Origin: Oculina patagonica
Lineage: Eukaryota
Assembly: GCF_052425735.1 (NCBI RefSeq)
Contig: NC_135768.1
Span: 17,236,001 to 17,300,000, forward strand
Direction: 5' to 3'
Length of the DNA stretch: 64,000 nt
The notes below the pieces were generated by a model that worked only from the letters and a program-made list of their open reading frames with translations, did no database searches and was not told the origin of the DNA. The first letter of the stretch is position 1; the number at the start of each line of letters is the position of its first letter. The translations under genes and the position numbers were made by a program. Of the stretch, positions 36,181 to 45,152 are shown one piece after another.

Positions 36181-37173
36181 TTATAGCTTTTCTGGTGGTA
36201 ACTGTGTATTTGGAGGAATAACAAGCAATTCTTCACGCACGAAGCCGCGCTTGGGACCATCGTGCAAGTAATAAAGCACTGGCTGATCAGGTTTAGTAAC
36301 AGACCTTTCAATGCTGTAGACTTTTAATGACCAAATCGGATCTGTTGCCCTTTTTACACCACCTTCCAGCTCACCAGGTTGGTAGAGATAGCGCACATTA
36401 ATGAGAGAGGGGAGTTTTTTTTCTTTCTTGCCAACAGGTCTTGTATATTTTGAGGACGGTTTTGACGAAACAGCCTTTTCTTTGATTGCGGCAGCTGGTT
36501 TCTTACAAGTAAGACTGGTTACTTCGTTGTTCAGAGCGGCAACAACTTCGGGTAGCCTTTTTACCCACGCTGTCGACCGCTGGCCAGATGGCAGGGTCAA
36601 CTCGACACCGTACTGATAACCAAACAGGCGCTCTGCCAGTGTTTGATTAAAACGTTCAACAATGGCTTGATCTCTGTGGATGTTAACACGCCCGCGCCTA
36701 ATATAGGTTTTGTGATTTTCCATTTCTTTGGTAACAGCGCCCATGAATTCGCGCCCGGGGTCAACTTGCAGCATCTGTGGCCATTTTAGTGCACTTCGCC
36801 TGTAAATTGTCTGAAAACCTTTTGCAACCTCAGTTGAATCTTTGGAGGTCAAAGGCTCGGCCTCTTTGTAACGGCTGGCAACGTCAACAACAGTCAGCGC
36901 GTATTTGTAAACTTTTCGCCCTCGCGGCAGTTTGTCGTGTGGCAGAAAAAGAAGGTCCGCCTGGTGGACCGCGTTAGGAGTAGAAACATCGAATTTTGGG
37001 CGAGGAACGTATCGGGGTGCCGGAAGGTAGATCTGCCAAAGGGCCTGCTTAACGAGCCACTTTTTAGCAGCATCTTCGGAAACCTTGGCAGCCTCGGCTA
37101 ATTTTTTTATCGCGGCAATTCCTTTCCAATAGCCCTGGGGGCTATAGTAGACTTTCGAGATCTTTGCATCCAT
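36181..37173 (-). CDS. Retroviral-type (rve) DDE integrase, 330 aa
   Basis: HQADLLFL (D), LTVVDVASRY, QVDPGREF (D), AIVERFNQTL (E); first ATG (MDAKISKVYY) at 37173. Confidence 0.93.
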   Translation of the reverse strand: MDAKISKVYYSPQGYWKGIAAIKKLAEAAKVSEDAAKKWLVKQALWQIYLPAPRYVPRPKFDVSTPNAVHQADLLFLPHDKLPRGRKVYKYALTVVDVASRYKEAEPLTSKDSTEVAKGFQTIYRRSALKWPQMLQVDPGREFMGAVTKEMENHKTYIRRGRVNIHRDQAIVERFNQTLAERLFGYQYGVELTLPSGQRSTAWVKRLPEVVAALNNEVTSLTCKKPAAAIKEKAVSSKPSSKYTRPVGKKEKKLPSLINVRYLYQPGELEGGVKRATDPIWSLKVYSIERSVTKPDQPVLYYLHDGPKRGFVREELLVIPPNTQLPPEKL

Positions 37174-37198
37174 GCGTATACAAGAAAAAAAGAAAAGT

Positions 37199-37624
37199 TT
37201 AAAGAAACCGAAAGGCAGCGTACCCAAGTGCAAGCGCGCCAGCGCCAACGAACATAAGTTCACCTTGTTTCTGCTGCTCGCTTGGCTGATAAAAATCAGA
37301 AAACTTTGGCTCTTTTGGAGGAATCATTTGCTTGTCAGGATGTGCCTGGTTGTAGAGTTTGAAAGCGTAGTCAGTGTTAGTGAAGTTCTGTTTGGCCTGC
37401 TCTTTTATTTCCGCGTTGGTTTGTATCCAGTCGAGGAGCTTGGTGCGGTCGCGAGAGTATTTCGCGTAAGCTGCCTGGTAAGCCTCGAGAGCTTTGTCGT
37501 GTCTTTCTTTTTCTTTCAAAGCAGCATCATCACCACCACCCAAAGCGCGAGCAAGGTAGTTGCCACCAATGAAAGCAGCGGCGTTTAAGATCGCTCCGCC
37601 AGCCATAATAGCGATGCTTGCCAT
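37199..37624 (-). CDS. Viral hypothetical protein, 141 aa, with hydrophobic N- and C-termini
   Basis: ATG-initiated, tightly packed; TAATATAAGAAC upstream; Gly/Ala-rich hydrophobic N-terminal helix and C-terminal FVGAGALALGYAAFRFL. Confidence 0.8.
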   Translation of the reverse strand: MASIAIMAGGAILNAAAFIGGNYLARALGGGDDAALKEKERHDKALEAYQAAYAKYSRDRTKLLDWIQTNAEIKEQAKQNFTNTDYAFKLYNQAHPDKQMIPPKEPKFSDFYQPSEQQKQGELMFVGAGALALGYAAFRFL

Positions 37625-37659
37625 TGTGTGTCTTTGTTCTTATATTATGCGAATTTTTT

Positions 37660-37878
37660 TTAATTGGTTGGGAGGATTTTTTGGTCCTCGAGATATTGTT
37701 TTAGTGCAAGACTGCCTGTCATGACGGCTGTGAACTTTACATAGTTCATAAAACTGCTGCTTGGGTCGGATGTAAAGTTTTCTTTCACAACTTTTTTGGC
37801 AGCCCAGCCGATTCCGGCGGCTAGACCTGTAATGGTGGCTGCATCCATGAGTGTTTTCACGAGTTTGTTGTCGGACAT
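37660..37878 (-). CDS. Small viral amphipathic/membrane protein, 72 aa
   Basis: Two short hydrophobic helices (ATITGLAAGIGWAA; FTAVMTGSLAL); co-oriented in the packed block. Confidence 0.75.
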   Translation of the reverse strand: MSDNKLVKTLMDAATITGLAAGIGWAAKKVVKENFTSDPSSSFMNYVKFTAVMTGSLALKQYLEDQKILPTN

Positions 37879-37932
37879 GACGGTAGAACTTAGTTCAGTA
37901 TAAAATTAAAAAAAAAACATTTAATTGAAAAT

Positions 37933-38109
37933 TCATTGTTCCCCTTCTTCTTGAGCGCTTTCGCGCACTTTCACGAAAATATCTGGGTTTTTTGCAATCC
38001 AAACGATTGTTTTGACGCACTTTTCCGTGAAATTTATCCAAACCAAGCCAACCGTTGAAACTGCAGCAACGGTTAACATAAACTGTTGGATGTCAGGGAC
38101 TTTCCACAT
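37933..38109 (-). CDS. Small single-pass membrane protein, 58 aa (MWKVPDIQQF...)
   Basis: TAATAAAATG start context; hydrophobic FMLTVAAVSTVGLVWINF; fills the gap between neighbours. Confidence 0.6.
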   Translation of the reverse strand: MWKVPDIQQFMLTVAAVSTVGLVWINFTEKCVKTIVWIAKNPDIFVKVRESAQEEGEQ

Positions 38110-38150
38110 TTTATTATAAAATGATGAAAAAATATTTAATTGAAAGTTTA

Positions 38151-38672
38151 TTAATCCATCGGACGAATTCCTCTTTTTGGTTGCGGAATTTTCGATGATG
38201 CGCTGATTCGCTGCCGCTCTGCAGGAGCCTCTTGAGCTGGCTCGGGTTCTGGTGCCGTGCCTTTGGCTGGGTGGGTTTTGCTCTTGATAAAGGCTTTGAT
38301 GTCTTCGCGTTTGACATAAGTTGTAATAATTGCAACGCCAATGCCCAGCAAAGAGATCCATTGATTTGTGCTTAGACCGCTGGATTCCGGCGGAGACTCG
38401 GTCGGAGCTGGTTCCGTTACGGGTGGAGTTACATTTCGCTTAGCAGCCGCAGATTTCTTTTCCTTTTCTTTTGCAATTATGGCAGCGGCCTCGACAGCAG
38501 CTTTTTTCTGTGCTTCACGAGCCTGTTTTGTTTTTTCAGCTGCAAGCTTGCCAGCAGCCACTCGCTTTGGATTTTTGGCAGGTTTTGTTGCAGGAGTTGT
38601 TGAAGTGACTTGTGGAACGTTTTCTTGAACAACTGCAGGTTCGCTCGGTATTTGTGTTTCAGGGTCCGCCAT
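38151..38672 (-). CDS. Pro/Ala/Lys-rich viral protein with KNPKRVAAGK motif and one TM helix, 173 aa
   Basis: TAATAAATG start; low-complexity basic region; WISLLGIGVAIITTYV hydrophobic segment. Confidence 0.8.
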   Translation of the reverse strand: MADPETQIPSEPAVVQENVPQVTSTTPATKPAKNPKRVAAGKLAAEKTKQAREAQKKAAVEAAAIIAKEKEKKSAAAKRNVTPPVTEPAPTESPPESSGLSTNQWISLLGIGVAIITTYVKREDIKAFIKSKTHPAKGTAPEPEPAQEAPAERQRISASSKIPQPKRGIRPMD

Positions 38673-38786
38673 TTATTAGAAAAAATAATATATTTAAATG
38701 AAAAATGCTTAGCAAACTTTTTTGGTCAGCATTTAATGAGCATTGTTCAGTAATTACTTAGCATTTTCTTAGCATTGCTTAGTAAT

Positions 38787-39346
38787 TTACTCAGGAAGAT
38801 CTTTATGCTCGCTTTCTAGAGTCGCTTGTGGTGCTGTGCTGTAATCAATGTGCTTTGCCGTTATCAAAGCAACAGAAGCTGGAGAAGAAACTTGCCGTAT
38901 TTGAAAGACAAACCGCCGACAAGATTGGAAAGCTCGTTGTTGATGATGTAGTCATTTTTAAGCTCTTTTTGCAAAGCTTCAATATTTTTTAAGGGCACGA
39001 ACAGACTTGCGGCTTTCGTAAAAAGAGTGAGCGCGCTGTCGATAAGATTTTCTGTGGTCTTGGCCCCAACATACGCTTCGTACCTCGTGAAGTACTTTTC
39101 GACGTCTTTGTCGGTCAAGCGCTTTACCTGATCGTGAGTTAGCTGCACACCGATTGCTTCTTTAGACTTGCCTGTTGAAACAAGTCTTGCAAGCTGTTCA
39201 CGTAAAGCTGGAATGTCAGGTCCCGCTGCTTGCATCTCTGACGGCATACTGCCTGGTTCAGGTTCAAGCAATTCCATTACGGACGTTTCTAACATAATTC
39301 GTTCACTTGCAGTGATATCGGTGGAAGTTGCGAACGGGTCAGCCAT
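38787..39346 (-). CDS. Viral hypothetical protein (160 aa as read; probably ~186 aa with a frameshift near 38885)
   Basis: TAATAAATG start; an alternate frame continues PASVALITAKHIDYSTAPQATLESEHKDLPE* to 38787. Confidence 0.7.
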
Positions 39347-39367
39347 TTATTACTCTAAAAAATATGT

Positions 39368-39967
39368 TCAATAAAAAAATTCTGTGCCGTAAGGGTGGCG
39401 ATGAGAAATAACAAGATGCGAAAACTTATTTTTTTTCAGCTTTGAAATGACTTCTTTGTAATCTTCATGGGAAAGTTCGCCAGCGTAATCCTCAAAGATT
39501 GCCTTCGTGGTCTTGGCAGAGGGGGTGTAAAAGAAAACGATTGCCGCAACATTTTCGCGGAATGAGGCTGTAATGCTTGTCATTTTTTGAGTCAGCACCC
39601 ACACGCTCAAGCCTGCATGGCGAGCAGAGAAAGCAAGATTCACCAACTCCCCCGTTCGCCCTTTCACATCTTTAGAAGCAGCGCAGTCGTCGAGGATGAT
39701 AAGCGTGTTCGCACCCTCAAAAAGAAATCTTGAAAGCTTTAACCAAGATTCAACCTCGTGCTGCTCGCAAATGAAAACAAAAAATCGAAGATCTTCCTCA
39801 GCAAAGCGATAATAAGTCTTGTTGTGCGCGAAAGTCGGGCATATGAGCACGATGTAGTCAAACTTGCCTCGGAAAGGGCCACAAAGCTGATTGACCACGT
39901 ACCTTGTTTTTCCTGAGTTTGTTGGTCCCACAATGAGGGCGTTGAAGGGTATATTGGCAGGATCCAT
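39368..39967 (-). CDS. A32/FtsK-HerA-type genome packaging ATPase
   Basis: Walker A GPTNSGKT, Walker B IILDD, then ARH and VLTQ motifs typical of this family. Confidence 0.93.
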   Translation of the reverse strand: MDPANIPFNALIVGPTNSGKTRYVVNQLCGPFRGKFDYIVLICPTFAHNKTYYRFAEEDLRFFVFICEQHEVESWLKLSRFLFEGANTLIILDDCAASKDVKGRTGELVNLAFSARHAGLSVWVLTQKMTSITASFRENVAAIVFFYTPSAKTTKAIFEDYAGELSHEDYKEVISKLKKNKFSHLVISHRHPYGTEFFY

Positions 39968-39998
39968 TTCAGAACAGAACTTCGTTTGCGTTCTTATA

Positions 39999-41252
39999 TT
40001 ATAAAAGCACAGATTCTAACTGCCTGCCAATTATATTCATTTGGGCGTCGCTGATTACGTAAATGTGGCAGTTCAAATTACCTGAGCCGCTTGTTTTCCT
40101 CTCTAGCTCAAGCTGGACACCGTCCTTTGTGTTCACAAGGCGCTTGCCGCTTCCGTGCATCGAGTGGTCAGCCATGGAACGCAGATCAATCAGAAGGCCG
40201 AACTTGTCTTCTGTGTAAAACTTTTGCAGGGTCATGTGCTGCGTTTTATTTTTTTCTTTCATGTAGAATCTTTTAACTTCTTCCCATATGTCCATTCCTT
40301 CGATGCCGTTGTTGTACAGCATGTTTGGCGAGCCGTTGACAGTGACGCTTACTTTTGTAAGGTCTGGGTTAATGTACTTTTCCGAGATCCTTGCACCTTT
40401 GGCATATTGCTCTATAAAAAGTAGCAAGATACCTTTTAGGGACCTCCTCTGAGGGTTGACCTTAAGATTCAGACGTGTGTCGGATCCTTTTGCAAAAGTA
40501 ACAACTTCGGCACGCTGGATGTGGTCGTAAGCGAACTCTTTGCCGCCCGAGTAAGCGCTGAACGCCTCATCTGCAATTTCCTTGCTTCTTATCATTTCGT
40601 ACTCCAGCTGTATGTTTGTCAGCTTGTATTTCAGTTTTGTTGCATCTGAGCCTCTGACAACATGTTCGGCTGCCGCGAGCTTCAGTTCGAAAACAAGATC
40701 GTTGTATAGTGCCTGTGGATAAAATGCTCCGTGGTCAGTTAGAATCTGGTGATCCAGACGGATGCGGTATTTATTTCCATATAGCTCATTCAGCTTTTTT
40801 TCTGCTTCGACTCCTGAAGTTTTCTTATCGCCAGCATTTGAGCGAATTTTGTTGAGGTCCTCGCTCTGAATGCCCTCTGGCACCCTGTCGTCGCGCTCCT
40901 CCTGCGAAAGGGAAAAATCTTCGAATATTTTGTAGATGTCATAGCCAACCGTGTCCTGCATGACGGTGCCTTCGTACTTTACAACAAACTTGTCGACCAG
41001 AGCTCGGCTGACGTTGTCAACCAGAAAGTTGTTGGCATGGCCTCCGCTCAAGTCGATGTTGAAGCGCAGCGCCAGCGAGCCAGGCACAATGACCTCGTTT
41101 TCGTTCAGCTTTGGCACCGAAACATACAGAGTTTCCTCTGGATTGGCTTCAGTGCGGTCAAAAGTGATTCGTTTTACAGCGCGCTCGGCTTTCAGTGCGC
41201 CAAGTATTTTCTCTGTGCGTCCCGGTCGAAGGTTTTCTTGAACAGCAGCCAT
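39999..41252 (-). CDS. Putative double jelly-roll major capsid protein, 417 aa
   Basis: Size, alternating hydrophobic beta-strand pattern (LYVSVP, LALRFNI, LVFELKL, IQLEYE, ILLLF, LLIDL, CHIYVISD) and position next to the ATPase. Fold assignment is inference. Confidence 0.75.
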   Translation of the reverse strand: MAAVQENLRPGRTEKILGALKAERAVKRITFDRTEANPEETLYVSVPKLNENEVIVPGSLALRFNIDLSGGHANNFLVDNVSRALVDKFVVKYEGTVMQDTVGYDIYKIFEDFSLSQEERDDRVPEGIQSEDLNKIRSNAGDKKTSGVEAEKKLNELYGNKYRIRLDHQILTDHGAFYPQALYNDLVFELKLAAAEHVVRGSDATKLKYKLTNIQLEYEMIRSKEIADEAFSAYSGGKEFAYDHIQRAEVVTFAKGSDTRLNLKVNPQRRSLKGILLLFIEQYAKGARISEKYINPDLTKVSVTVNGSPNMLYNNGIEGMDIWEEVKRFYMKEKNKTQHMTLQKFYTEDKFGLLIDLRSMADHSMHGSGKRLVNTKDGVQLELERKTSGSGNLNCHIYVISDAQMNIIGRQLESVLL

Positions 41253-41317
41253 CACTCGAAAGGTTTTATTGTTAAATTGAAAAGTTTAAATTGAAAATAT
41301 ATATATATAATTACGCG

Positions 41318-42681
41318 ATGGCAACAGGTGGTGGTGATTTTGGCTACGAGGACCCTGATTTAGACCGAGATCTTGACCATGACGGTGATAATGACGGTTA
41401 TGATGATGATGATGAACAAGAGGTCAACACAACCGGGCGATTTCAGCCAAATATGGCATCAACATTCTACCATGATGGTGAAGAACATGAAATGCAAACA
41501 ATGCAGCACGAACAGAGCGGGCTGCCTGATACCTCCTACGACGAAACACCTTTGCTTGGCAGTGCGAAATCAATGAGCGAAAAGGCATGGAATGCTCTAA
41601 AAGGGGTATTTCCAGAAAGCTCATCAACAAACCTTGAAGCCTCTTACAGTCATAAAGGGCAGGATTACAAGTAAAAATGGTCGGAGCTGGTAAAAAATCA
41701 TATGACCTTTTCACCACCAAAAGGGGTACAGGTGGTGAACAACAGCTAAATCCAAGTCTTACAAAAGAAATAAAAAATGCACTCGGAAAGTCCATTTTTG
41801 TATTAAAGGAAGAAGTTCAACAACAACTGGCCGAAAAAGAAAAAGCACTGGAACAATCTGTTTCTCTAGCACAAGAACAGGAAAAAGTTAAAAATGACAT
41901 GGAAGAAATCAGAAACCAAATAAGACAAATTGATGAACAGAGAACCGCTCTTGAGGATAAACATGGTAATTTGGATAAAGAAGAAATTCAAAAACTAAAA
42001 CAGCAAAAGAAAGACCTTGAAAAACAACATCAAGAAAAAAGAAAGAAACTGGAACAAATAAGCAAAACAGCAAAACAGACGCCAAAATTAAAAGAAGATA
42101 TTCAGAAGCTCACAGATGAAAATAACAGATTAAATGAAACCGTGAGAGAACTTGAAGAAAAAATGAACACAGAAGCCCTCAACGAACTAAAAGAACAAAA
42201 AACAGAACTGGAGCGCCAAAATGCGGAAGACAGAAAGATTATAGATGATGAGAATGCCTCCACCACTGACAAACAAGCCGCGGAAGAAAGAGTTGCTGAA
42301 AGAACCGAGGAGCTCGCACGTTTGCAAACACAGATTGCAGAAAGAGAAAGAGCGCTTCCACTTCGTGAGAGGATCAAAGAAATCTTCAAAAAAAATGGCG
42401 TGACAGTAACAGCAATCTTTCTTGCTGCTGGTGTCACGATTGGTGCTGTAATTGGTGCCATTACAAACTCTTTGAAGGCTACCGGCAAAGCGTTGGGGAA
42501 AGGCTTAAGTGATGTTGGCTCAAAGGTGGCATCAGCTCTGCCCGGTCTTATTGGCTCGATTGTGAGCTTTCTTTTCAAAACCGCTGGTCAAGTAATTAGC
42601 TTTCTTGCAGAGCACACCTGGCTGCTTATACTTGCTGCGGTTGCTTTTCTTGTTGAAAGATACATCAAGAAGAGACGTTAA
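41318..42681 (+). CDS. Acidic N-terminus, long coiled coil and C-terminal amphipathic/TM protein; read as two ORFs (41318-41674, 41677-42681), probably one frameshifted gene
   Basis: ORFs abut with a 2-nt gap; the ORF2 frame is open upstream (LQVK-M); heptad-rich E/K/Q segment followed by hydrophobic helices. Confidence 0.7.
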
Positions 42682-44393
42682 CGCATAAGGGCGTAGAGCA
42701 AAGCTGCAGCTCCAACCGCACCAACAGCGATAGTTGCTTTGTTTATTTCGTGTGTATCATTGACTTCAACCTTTGTAGCTTTAGCGCTTTGCGCGCTTTC
42801 AGCTTCAGCACCTTCGGTGCTCGTTGGTGCCGTAGTTTTTTTTGTGTCCCTTTGTGACTCCTTGTGTATAGGATTTGAAGGGTGGCTGTTTGGTGGGTTT
42901 ACCTTTGATGGTCCTCCGGCCATCAGTTTAAGAGCTGCTTTTTTTGTTGATTTATTAACATCATTATTCAATCCTATTTTCATTCCTGCTACAGCCTGCT
43001 TCAGCTGATTGTTGTAGCCGACAACGCTTTCTGTGTTTATCACCATACTACCAGGCATCAGCCAGGCACCAGGGCAGACAGCAAGGTTAAGCCGAACCTT
43101 CGCTTCATCGATAGAAAGTTGGTATCTTTGAACTGACTTTGCCAGATCTGGTTGCCTTATAGCGTCTTCAACCAACACGAGGAACTCACTTTGAGCCTCC
43201 TTTGCGCGGCCGCCTGTGCCAAGTATGCTACTTCGAACGTTGACCTGCGAACCCAGAATACAGTAGACAAAAGCCTCTATCGACTGGTTTACTCTCGACA
43301 AACCTGCCTGAGTCAGCCCTTCTGCGGCGTTAGGACAAAACCAGTCTGCCTGTGCATATGCAGCGTCGTCTGGCTCGATATATTGAATTAAGTTACCCTT
43401 GCTTGCAGCTCCCCCTTCGTCCGAAAATTTATCGTAATCGGGGTATTTTGCTCCAGAATTTTTTGGTCCAATGTTAGTAAACCAGATATAAACATCACCA
43501 AGCCCATGATTGGCACCTCTTGTGAAACGAAAATCGCTTGACGGGTCGACACCGAACTCAGCGCATATTCTTTTATACGAAGCCACGTCGTACTTGTTGT
43601 CGAACTGGCTAAACGTTGGGTCGCCTGGCAAGGCGCTTACGCTCTGAATTCCACCCATCTGAAACAATATTCGCCTGATTGTGAAATAAACGTGAAAGAG
43701 GTAAAAATTACGCACAACAGGTGGCAAACTGAGAGCTGAGTGTTCTTCATCAAAAATTTCACGACTTATCCCACTGCCTGTTGTCGCGCACCAGACAGCA
43801 AAGTTAAGTTGTTGAGGCCAGTAGCCAATATTTGGGCTAGCAAGCCACCTTTTTGACTCTTTTCCTGATGTATGCTTCAGTTTTGTTTTTTGAAAAATCT
43901 CTCTTAATTTCGTTGTGAAATATTGATCTGGTGTGACGTAGATGTTGATTTTGCTGTTAAATATTTTTTTCAAACTCGGTGCGGCTTCGTGAAATCCAAC
44001 CGCGGGAATTGGTAAAGATGCGCCTTTTGCGCCGCTTGGTGACAGCTGTTGTGGAAAACCGCCTGAAATTTGATTCACCCCCAGTGCTTTTTTCATCTCT
44101 GGGCTCCAATATTTGCTGTCAGAGCCAAAAACATTTATCAAATGGCCTTGCTCTGCCTTGTAATAAATGTCTGCCGTTGCTGTGTGGTTGTACGCGAACT
44201 CAACCTGTGCAACAAATTTTGTTCGGTCAGCGTTTGGATATTTTGCAAGAAAAGGTTTCCATGCCTTGTCTTTTGCCGCTTCAGAAATTGTAGTTGCTTC
44301 TGGGGTTTTCATCCACTTCATAAAATCTCTTTCTTTGGAATCAAGAAAAATTGATTGAGAAATGTCATCAGCTCTCGGAATAGGCGGAGCCAT
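42678..44393 (-). CDS. Viral hypothetical protein, 571 aa, with C-terminal membrane anchor
   Basis: Long ORF with TATAAAATG start; Trp/Cys-containing core (WPQQLNFAVWCATTGSGIS); terminal IAVGAVGAAALLYALMR. Confidence 0.85.
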   Translation of the reverse strand: MAPPIPRADDISQSIFLDSKERDFMKWMKTPEATTISEAAKDKAWKPFLAKYPNADRTKFVAQVEFAYNHTATADIYYKAEQGHLINVFGSDSKYWSPEMKKALGVNQISGGFPQQLSPSGAKGASLPIPAVGFHEAAPSLKKIFNSKINIYVTPDQYFTTKLREIFQKTKLKHTSGKESKRWLASPNIGYWPQQLNFAVWCATTGSGISREIFDEEHSALSLPPVVRNFYLFHVYFTIRRILFQMGGIQSVSALPGDPTFSQFDNKYDVASYKRICAEFGVDPSSDFRFTRGANHGLGDVYIWFTNIGPKNSGAKYPDYDKFSDEGGAASKGNLIQYIEPDDAAYAQADWFCPNAAEGLTQAGLSRVNQSIEAFVYCILGSQVNVRSSILGTGGRAKEAQSEFLVLVEDAIRQPDLAKSVQRYQLSIDEAKVRLNLAVCPGAWLMPGSMVINTESVVGYNNQLKQAVAGMKIGLNNDVNKSTKKAALKLMAGGPSKVNPPNSHPSNPIHKESQRDTKKTTAPTSTEGAEAESAQSAKATKVEVNDTHEINKATIAVGAVGAAALLYALMR

Positions 44394-44433
44394 TTTATAT
44401 TAAAGATTTATTTTTCAAAAGATAATTATAAAG

Positions 44434-45129
44434 ATGGTTGTGCTCACTGTCACCACAACAGAAAATCCTCACACTGTTTATTTTGACCAGCCTATTCCAA
44501 AACCAAGCTATATCCGGCTTTTAAGTTGTTCTCTTTACAACAGCTGGAATAGTTTGGAAAAGGATGGAATAGTTTTTTATAAACAAGCGAACAAGGAAGA
44601 GAAGGCGCGTTATATACGGCAAGGAAACTACTCACTCGATGACATTGGAAGTATTTTTGAAAAAGGATTTCCAGAGAAAAACATGTTTTCTGTAACAAAA
44701 GGCATTACAGGTCGTTCTTTGATAATAAGAGCAAAAGAGCCCAATTTAAAAACTATTGGACTAAATGAAAGTCTTATTAAGTTCTTTAATTTGCCTGGGT
44801 TTGAGAATCACGCAAGCATTGAAAAAGAATATTTTGAAACATTTGAGATAAATAATGTTTCAAATCCTAAAAATTACTTTATCGACTGTGACCTTATCGA
44901 CAAGCAACAAAGCTTGCTAAATGGTAAGCCAACAAGCCTTTTAGCGTTTTTTGACATACGTGGAAAACCGTATGAAAAAGTTTGTTACCAAAATACACAT
45001 CTTAACGTCTTGCGCGACGTTTCTGCTGAAGAAAATGTATCATCTCTGACTCTTTCGATTAGAGATGAAAATGGAAACCCATTCGATTTTAACGGCACAA
45101 ATCTTACATATGAGCTGGAATTAAATTAA
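44434..45129 (+). CDS. Putative single jelly-roll minor capsid (penton) protein
   Basis: FDQPI..IRLLSCSLYNSW N-terminus, FIDCDLI..LLAFF, and C-terminal LTLSIRDENGNPFDFNG.NLTYELEL pattern typical of Polinton/PLV minor capsid proteins. Confidence 0.8.
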   Translation: MVVLTVTTTENPHTVYFDQPIPKPSYIRLLSCSLYNSWNSLEKDGIVFYKQANKEEKARYIRQGNYSLDDIGSIFEKGFPEKNMFSVTKGITGRSLIIRAKEPNLKTIGLNESLIKFFNLPGFENHASIEKEYFETFEINNVSNPKNYFIDCDLIDKQQSLLNGKPTSLLAFFDIRGKPYEKVCYQNTHLNVLRDVSAEENVSSLTLSIRDENGNPFDFNGTNLTYELELN

Positions 45130-45152
45130 ATTAAATACAAAAATAAAATTTT

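Noticed and set aside
37174-37263. Longer 360-aa integrase in the ORF track
   Set aside because: Uses a non-ATG start overlapping the upstream gene; the first ATG is at 37173.
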